Origin: a bacterium
Lineage (GTDB): Bacteria; SZUA-182; DTGQ01; JAFGSM01
Length of the DNA stretch: 36,336 nucleotides
Reading direction: 5' to 3'
Assembly: GCA_049472335.1 (NCBI GenBank)
Contig: JBLIRO010000049.1
Span: 1 to 36,336 of the forward strand
Shown here: positions 30,210 through 36,336 of the stretch, in pieces
Position numbering within the stretch: the stretch's first letter is position 1
How the letters are laid out: each line of letters starts with the position of its first letter
Program-made: the position numbers and the translations under genes
The notes under the pieces: model-generated
The model's input: only the letters and a program-made list of their open reading frames with translations
What the model was told of the DNA's origin: nothing
Database searches by the model: none

Positions 30210-30815
30210 TCAAATACCCTTCATATTGCTTTTTATTTTCTTTTCAGCCCTGTGTTTCAGAATATATGTATTTTCCAGGGAGATGTCTAAGATCCTGGAG
30301 ATTTCATCAGAAGTAAGTTTCTTAAACCAATACAGTCTCGCAAAAAGCTTCTCTTGATTAGATAGTTTGTTTTCAACAATCGACAGGATTTTTTCGAGCA
30401 ATTCATTTCTGCTTACCTCATCAAAAGCGTCTTTTGATGAATGGACATTGATATGGGCGGACATAGGAGGAATTTCTTCAATATTGGCTGCATGAAGTTG
30501 TTTTGTAAGGGATTTGAAATAACGGGACGCGGCATGACTGCCGCAGACCCTTAGCCAGGTTGCCAGTGAGCATCTCCCCCCCCATTTTTTTAATATATAA
30601 CAGTCCTTTTCTATCAATGATGCCCACACAAACTGACTGCAATCATTTATCTCTTCTTCGGTTGAAATGGATGCATATCGTGACGCAGTCCTTTTTACTA
30701 TTGAAGAAACAAGCAATGAAAATCGTTCATAGAATATCTCCCATGCCCGTTCCCTGCCTTTCAGGCACTCACTGAGAAGCTCCTTATCAGAGATATTTGG
30801 ATTGTTAAGTATCAT
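30210..30815 (-). CDS. ECF (group 4) sigma-70 factor
   Basis: SDKELLSECLKGRERAWEIFYERF, region 2 SLATWL, region 4 LSNQEK...DEISRILDIS...KHRA; 201 aa. Confidence 0.92.
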   Translation of the reverse strand: MILNNPNISDKELLSECLKGRERAWEIFYERFSLLVSSIVKRTASRYASISTEEEINDCSQFVWASLIEKDCYILKKWGGRCSLATWLRVCGSHAASRYFKSLTKQLHAANIEEIPPMSAHINVHSSKDAFDEVSRNELLEKILSIVENKLSNQEKLFARLYWFKKLTSDEISRILDISLENTYILKHRAEKKIKSNMKGI

Positions 30816-31412
30816 ACCTTAGTCTCGTCAGCGGTCTATGACAGTGAAGTCGTCTTTTCCTAAATAATATTTGTTTGCAAAAGTACATTGATAGGTTTCT
30901 ATAAAAAATATACAAAAATATCAATTAGATAACATAATAATATAATATTCTGCTGCAAAATTCCAATTTTGCTTTAATCCGCTGCCTTCTCACCACAAAG
31001 CGATCTAATAAACAAAATGTTACAACAGAATTTGAAAGGTTTTTGTAGTGAATAGATCTCTATTATTTATAAAAAGCTTAACAACTTGTACCATCAGTTC
31101 GCAGTTGATGATAGAGATGTGATGAAACATTAAACCCCATGGAATAGTTACAAATAGTAATTATCTGACTAAGTATTTCTAAGGCAATAGCCATAACCAA
31201 TTGCAGGCTGAAAGGGCTTGGAAGGGAGCAAACCCCGGGGATCAGGAAAGGAGGTGATGTTATCAACAACATGGAAGAAATTGTTTTCTAACTTGAAGCT
31301 TATACATTAATTTCAAGGAGGAGAGGGATTAATTATTGAGCTGTCAGAGTACATGAATAGGACCTGCTTTCAGGTAGAATGGTTATTTTAATATGTTAAG
31401 GAGGAAAACCAA

Positions 31413-32443
31413 ATGAAATCCAATAATAAATTTTTTCTGTATTTATTAATATTGATAATTATGGGAAGCATCTGTCTTTCTTTTGCAGTGCCAAATGTTT
31501 ACGCTCAGGCTGACTATAGCTTTTATTCCAGTTATATGTATTATTCTTTACCTATTGGAGTTACTCCTCAACTGAGTCTGACAAACCAATATATGCCCTA
31601 TTATACCCCGTCTTTTTCCAATTCGTACTTCAGTTCCGGAGTGGGACAGATTGTGCCGACGGTTATCCCATCAACAACAAAATCCATAGCTAAAGCGGAA
31701 CCTATTGAGGTTGCTCCCGAGGTTATCCAGATAAACGCACCTGAAGATGGGGAATTGACGGGGAGATGGTTGTTAAATTTCATGCGGACAACTCACCGTA
31801 TCCGGAAAACTACAACTTTTATTTTGATGGGTCAAGAATCTATAAGGATATAAAGGCCTATGTCACCTCACTGGTGAATTGCACCGATAAAAAAACGGAT
31901 GCTGAGGCGATTTATTCCTTCAGGATTTCAAGATGGGGAATCTATAAGATAAGCAATCTGGTCTGGGCCAAAGACTGCGGGCATGATTTTTTCTATGTTG
32001 AGATCAAGAGGGGAGATACGCGTGTTCCTTTTCCCGCAACGAATTACAGTGGTGGGTTCTATCTGGTCAAAACCGCTCATGACAGGTATGAATTCAATCC
32101 AAAAGGCCAATACAATACATGGCACTGGCAGGATGTATGTCACTGGAATGCGTATTATCGGCCCTATGAGAGGGCTGTCCCTTGTATCTATCTTTTAAGA
32201 CCGGGAAGTTATAAACTCATTTACAGGGCAAGGGAGAATTTGACCCGCCTGGCAGCCATTAAGATTGTCAGGCTGTATCCCATCATAGCCCCTGCGGATG
32301 ATACTGACTTAGAGAAATTTGAATCGGATACTGTTCAGAAATATTTTGAGAGTAATTTCAAAGAGGATAGCATTTCAATGGAGCCCACTGTTCCATATGA
32401 TGAAGCAATAGAGGTGGAAATTGAGATCGATACCCAGATATGA
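31413..32443 (+). pseudogene. Secreted protein with Tyr/Ser-rich linker and CBM-like jelly-roll domain, frameshifted at the G4 run 31760-31763 (~343 aa if repaired)
   Basis: SD and signal peptide in the 146-aa ORF; adding one G gives EDGELTG-EMVVKF; the 225-aa ORF has AIYSF...GIYKI...DFFYV...WHW...PGSYKL...RENLTRL. Confidence 0.75.
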
Positions 32444-32498
32444 TGATATTACAGAAACTGAGAAATCATTGGTAAGAACTTAATAGTAAAGGCTTTCA

Positions 32499-32550
32499 AA
32501 ATCCGGGAGGGGTGGCATTTCTTGCCCGCCCCCCTACCCCTCCCGGATTT
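32499..32550 (+). terminator. Strong hairpin, probable intrinsic terminator
   Basis: Perfect 15-bp stem AAATCCGGGAGGGGT/ACCCCTCCCGGATTT, 55 nt after the stop codon. Confidence 0.7.
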
Positions 32551-32697
32551 AATCAAAATTTTCCGTAATTTTATAATGAAAATAGACTGGATCTAATGTC
32601 AGAGAATGCCAGAGGGACAGATCCCTTGACATCGTCCCTGTCTGATACTATAAAAATGGACATTTCCACTTTGCTATGACATACGTGGATACTAGCA

Positions 32698-32726
32698 TTG
32701 ACAAAGGGTTCCGGTATATATATACT
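32698..32726 (+). promoter_or_regulatory. Near-consensus sigma70 promoter for the MNT-HEPN gene
   Basis: TTGACA-N17-TATACT. Confidence 0.65.
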
Positions 32727-32812
32727 TTTTTCAATATTTATATACCATGCCCCTTTTGAAGGAAGATACATATTGTTTAACCAGGCCAAAGCCGCTTTGT
32801 TGAGAAGAAAGA

Positions 32813-33718
32813 ATGTTAATAAGTAAAATAAGGGAAGAAATCATTGAAAAAATAAAGACTTTGCCTATTAAGATAAAAGGGGCCGCCATTTATGGATCAA
32901 TTGCCAGAAGGGCACAGAAGAAAGAATCAGACATTGATCTGCTGATTGTTTCAGATACGATTAATCCAAGAAGGAATAAAAGAGGAAAAGAGATAGCTGC
33001 CATCAAGGAATGGTTTTCATTGGATTTCCCAATGGACATATTGCTATTGACAACCAATGAATGCCTTTCAAATTTCAGAAATCACAATCCCCTTTTTCTG
33101 GACATTGCATGGGAAGGGATTATCTTATGGGATGAGGATGATTTCTTAAAATCCATGATTGAGGAAACAAGGGCTTATATTTCAGAGAAAAAAATCCGGA
33201 AACTTGACGATGGATGGGTATTCCCTGTGCCTGATAGAACTTCCATATTGCTTTCCAATGTAAGCAATAAGGATTTCGCTATGGCTATGTTCAAAGACGG
33301 GGAAAGGGATTTCGAGATCGGTTTAAATATCTTGGAAGATGGCTATTTTGATAAATCAGTATATCACTTTCAGCAATCTTTAGAGAAGGCGGTTAAAGCA
33401 ATTCTGATATGTTTTGGAATATTTAAGAAGACACATTTCGTTGGAGAAATACTCGTTAAAGAACTTGAAGCAAGAGAACTTAATAATGGCTGGAAGAAAA
33501 AACTCCTGCAGGTTGCCAGAGCAAGTTCCGAGATAGAACCTGAGGTTACCTGGAGTCGATATCCCGGAATTGATGAAGATGCTCTATGGATCCCTTATGA
33601 AGAATATACTTCAGATGATGCAAAAGAGATAAAAGAAAAGTGCGAAAAAGCTATTGGAATAACAAAGAAATTTTTAAAATGGTGGTTTTCCCCAAAGCCA
33701 TCTACAGAAAACACATGA
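32813..33718 (+). CDS. Fused minimal nucleotidyltransferase (MNT)-HEPN protein
   Basis: YGSIAR....ESDIDLLIV; HEPN part YHFQQSLEKAVKA...KTH...SRYP. Confidence 0.88.
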   Translation: MLISKIREEIIEKIKTLPIKIKGAAIYGSIARRAQKKESDIDLLIVSDTINPRRNKRGKEIAAIKEWFSLDFPMDILLLTTNECLSNFRNHNPLFLDIAWEGIILWDEDDFLKSMIEETRAYISEKKIRKLDDGWVFPVPDRTSILLSNVSNKDFAMAMFKDGERDFEIGLNILEDGYFDKSVYHFQQSLEKAVKAILICFGIFKKTHFVGEILVKELEARELNNGWKKKLLQVARASSEIEPEVTWSRYPGIDEDALWIPYEEYTSDDAKEIKEKCEKAIGITKKFLKWWFSPKPSTENT

Positions 33719-34074
33719 CTTGCTGAATATGAAGAATATTATGAGGAAATCGTCGAAAAGAGAAGCAAAGGCTGATAAACTTAGATTTTTTTAGGATAAG
33801 AAAGCCCAATCATATATAGAAAATCAGTACTGTTTGCAGACTGAGCAGAATGTTATTCATTCTTTAGAAGAATATTTTAATTTTCTTGAGGATATTTAGC
33901 CCGCCCGTATTGATCTCCGGAAAAATCAAATAATAAATAAGCAATTTATTCTGTAGAGACTAAAAAATTATAAAATATAAACATTAAAATCCATAGTAGT
34001 TATAAGTATTGGGAGTGTCTAACTGGCAAAGGATTAACAGCTTTACTGTTTCATTATTTTTTAGTCAAATGGCA

Positions 34075-34092
34075 TTGACTAAATTTAGTCAA
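34075..34092. promoter_or_regulatory. Perfect 18-bp palindrome, operator-like
   Basis: TTGACTAAATTTAGTCAA, with a third half-site TTTAGTCAA at 34060-34068. Confidence 0.5.
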
Positions 34093-34136
34093 ATATATGA
34101 ATATTAGGATTGACAAAGAATTCTGCCCAGTGATAT

Positions 34137-34481
34137 TCAGGATTCAGCCATGTCTTCCAGGATCTTCTTAATCTGTTGTTTAACTTAGGGGAGACGTTCT
34201 TTAATAGTTATCCATACTAGGTTGTAATCAACTCCAAAGTAAAAATGGATTAATCTGTCTCTCATTCCAGCCATTTCCTTCCAGGGAACCTGTGAATTAC
34301 TTTGCCGTATTTCCTCTGGTATCTGTTTGGCTGCTTCACCGATAATCTCAAATTTTCTGATAACTGCACTTGTTGTCTTATCATCTGCTTGAAATGTTTC
34401 TAGATTCATTCCCTTTACAAATGATTCGATGCCCTCCATTGCTGTCAGAATATCACTGAGATGAAACCTATAATCTCTCAT
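34137..34481 (-). pseudogene. hepT: HepT/DUF86 HEPN RNase toxin with a premature TAA at 34185-34187 (114 aa if repaired)
   Basis: [28 protein letters not shown] (RX4H..Y); the frame continues ERLP*VKQQIKKILEDMAES*. Confidence 0.85.
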
Positions 34482-34777
34482 ATAGAGACAGCCTCTTTTA
34501 AAACGGAATCTCGAAATTCTGCTCTTAACGCACGTTTTGGCACTACATCCACTTTATGATGCATTTTTTCCTCAAGGAAAAGGGCCAATCCAATGAGATT
34601 AAATAGATCTGCCCCTTCTTCGAAATCTACGAGAATATCAATATCACTACTGCTTTTTTGCCGTCCTCTGATATAGGAACCAAAAAGCTCAATCTCTTTC
34701 ACTTTAAATCTGGATTTTATCTCAGGCTTCAGTTTCCTAAGTTTTAAGAGGATGTCTTTTGATTCTTTTGTTGACAT
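34478..34777 (-). CDS. mntA: MntA-like nucleotidyltransferase antitoxin
   Basis: LFGSYIRG....[19 protein letters not shown] overlap with the toxin gene. Confidence 0.9.
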   Translation of the reverse strand: MSTKESKDILLKLRKLKPEIKSRFKVKEIELFGSYIRGRQKSSSDIDILVDFEEGADLFNLIGLALFLEEKMHHKVDVVPKRALRAEFRDSVLKEAVSI

Positions 34778-35074
34778 TTTTTTACCCCTTTTACCTATTA
34801 TCTAATTTAAGTTAAACAATTATAACATTAAAAAATAAAACAAGGAAGATAAACTCAGAAATTATATGGAAGATCCACATGAGAGATGATGTTGTTGAAG
34901 TGTAAAGGACAGAATATTACAGGTTTGAAAAATATTTTAAGGCCCTGGTTCTGGCGTTATCTGTATATGTATTATCTTTAAATATTATAATATAGTTTTG
35001 CATTTTTTCCATCAAGATTGATAAGATCGTAAAAAGGTCATTGAAATTCAAAAATTATAGAAAGGGGATTATGA

Positions 35075-35500
35075 ATGAATAAAATCAAGGTATTATTTTT
35101 GTGCAGTGGGAATACTGCCCGAAGTCAGATGGCAGAGGCCTTTTTAAGGAAGGAGGCCGGTGACAGGTTTGAGGTATATAGCGCAGGACTTGAGCCAGGT
35201 GAAATCCATCCTTATGTTATACAGGTAATGAAGGAAATAGGAGTTGATATCAGCGGACAGTATTCAAAAAGTTTTGAAGAGTATTTGGGAAAGTTCCATT
35301 TTGATTATATAATTACAGTTTGTGACAGGGTTAAAAAAGCGTGCCCGACTGTTTTGCATGATGCCGGGCAAATATTACACTGGTCATTTGAAGATCCAGT
35401 CTCCTTTGAAGGTCCGGAAGAAGAAAGACTGAATAAATTCAGGGAAATCCGTGACCGGATTCATGAACGTATTGAATTGTGGTTAAATAATCGAGAATAA
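35075..35500 (+). CDS. arsC: Thioredoxin-type arsenate reductase / LMW-PTP family
   Basis: CSGNTARSQMAE (CX5R), TVC......CP, HWSFEDP. Confidence 0.88.
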   Translation: MNKIKVLFLCSGNTARSQMAEAFLRKEAGDRFEVYSAGLEPGEIHPYVIQVMKEIGVDISGQYSKSFEEYLGKFHFDYIITVCDRVKKACPTVLHDAGQILHWSFEDPVSFEGPEEERLNKFREIRDRIHERIELWLNNRE

Positions 35501-35502
35501 AA

Positions 35503-35856
35503 ATGTTGGGAAAACACGGAAAACATCTGTTGAATGCGATTAAATACTCGTTAAAGGGGCTTGGAACTGCTATCCGTAAAGAGGCGGCGTTTCAACAAGA
35601 GATCATTGTTTTGTTTGTTGTTATACCTTTGGGACTTCTTCTGGGAAAAACCGGAGTGGAACGGGCCCTTTTGATAGGAAGCTGGCTTTTTGTCATGGTG
35701 ATCGAGCTTATAAATTCAGCGATCGAAGCCACTGTAGACCGGGTTGGTTTTGAGCATCATAAACTCTCCGGCAGGGCCAAAGATTTCGGCTCTGCATCCG
35801 TTTTTTTGTCGATTTTACTGGCTGTTGTTGTTTGGGCGCTCATTCTTTTGAGCTGA
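35503..35856 (+). CDS. dgkA: Diacylglycerol kinase
   Basis: EAAFQQE, ELINSAIEATVD, SGRAKDFGSASV. Confidence 0.93.
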   Translation: MLGKHGKHLLNAIKYSLKGLGTAIRKEAAFQQEIIVLFVVIPLGLLLGKTGVERALLIGSWLFVMVIELINSAIEATVDRVGFEHHKLSGRAKDFGSASVFLSILLAVVVWALILLS

Positions 35857-35906
35857 TGATATGAATATTCACAAGATATGAAATTACTTTGGGTTTAAGT
35901 CAATCC

Positions 35907-36335
35907 TTATCTATTCTTCACCCTTTTCAACTGGAAGAGCTCTTCCCTTTCCTTTTCCTCCAGGCTGTCTTCCAGGTATTTAATGGTATCCCGGTATTCG
36001 GGAATAAAGATATTGTGCAGGGCGTTTGCCCTTCTTTGTGTCTTTTTAAGCTCGCTTGCAAGCCTCCAGAGGGTAATCTCGATCTGGGCAAGCCTTGCCA
36101 GTTTTTCCAGGCAGGAGAAGAATTGTTTCACCGTTTGATCCAGGCAATGGGAGGTTTCCTGAAACCCGTATTGATTGCAGCAGACCTTTTTCTGGGAGTA
36201 GCTGATCAGGGGCACAATTATTCCCATGATGCTCCTGTCCCTTATGGTTATGTTCTCGCAAGAGACCGCTGAAAGCGACGCCTTTCTTATCCTTTTTTCC
36301 CCCAGGATCATGGTGGCCTTTTTGAACTGCTCATA
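35907..36335 (-). CDS. V/A-type ATP synthase subunit D, C-terminal part (5' end outside window)
   Basis: ELKKTQRRANAL...IPEY...I...LEEKEREELFQLK; frame open to the window edge (YEQFKKATM...). Confidence 0.92.
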   Translation of the reverse strand, partial: YEQFKKATMILGEKRIRKASLSAVSCENITIRDRSIMGIIVPLISYSQKKVCCNQYGFQETSHCLDQTVKQFFSCLEKLARLAQIEITLWRLASELKKTQRRANALHNIFIPEYRDTIKYLEDSLEEKEREELFQLKRVKNR

Positions 36336-36336
36336 G

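Noticed and set aside
31181..31246. Possible cyclic-dinucleotide riboswitch (GGCAA...GAAA...GCAAA)
   Set aside because: Could not build the required stems or find the downstream conserved motifs
33719..33956. Coding-looking debris after the MNT-HEPN stop (in-frame LAEYEEYYEEIVEKRSKG*)
   Set aside because: The HEPN domain is already complete and no family is recognisable
34011..34052. tRNA-like fragment (AACTGGCAAA, AACAG/CTGTT stem)
   Set aside because: No T arm or acceptor pairing; loop is only 5 nt
727..36272. Many short ORFs in the track overlapping larger genes (e.g. 4596-4979, 18752-19147, 22354-22755, 35889-36272)
   Set aside because: Antisense or alternate-frame shadows of well-supported genes, with no recognisable motifs

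Overview
A moderately AT-rich bacterial chromosomal window; the gene content looks like an anaerobic Gram-negative, deltaproteobacteria-like or candidate-phylum organism (inference). From left to right: the 3' end of a tyrosine integrase converging on tRNA-Arg(CCT), marking an island edge; an APC permease-PTS EIIA fusion with a TsrM-like B12/radical SAM enzyme; a 1674-aa secreted NHL double-propeller protein with two catalytically dead caspase-fold domains; a secreted HEXXH metalloprotease; a Kef-type antiporter, a GH13 enzyme and otsA; a membrane protein; a MITE-like hairpin; and periplasmic msrAB. The best candidate for an undescribed system is the ~10 kb minus-strand cluster at 20707-30815. 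It encodes an ECF sigma, a soluble zf-HC2 anti-sigma, a membrane-anchored CHAT protease with a periplasmic CsgG-like domain, a TPR/Ig/CsgG-like lipoprotein, two secreted proteins and a FadL/PorV-like barrel, which suggests a proteolytic trans-envelope signalling and surface-display module. Three secreted proteins in the window share a tandem C-terminal domain. The right end has a frameshifted secreted CBM-like gene, an MNT-HEPN fusion, an MntA/HepT pair with a truncated toxin, arsC, dgkA and part of V-type ATPase subunit D. Four genes carry single-base lesions (two frameshifts, two nonsense codons). All family calls come from motif recognition by eye; no searches were run.
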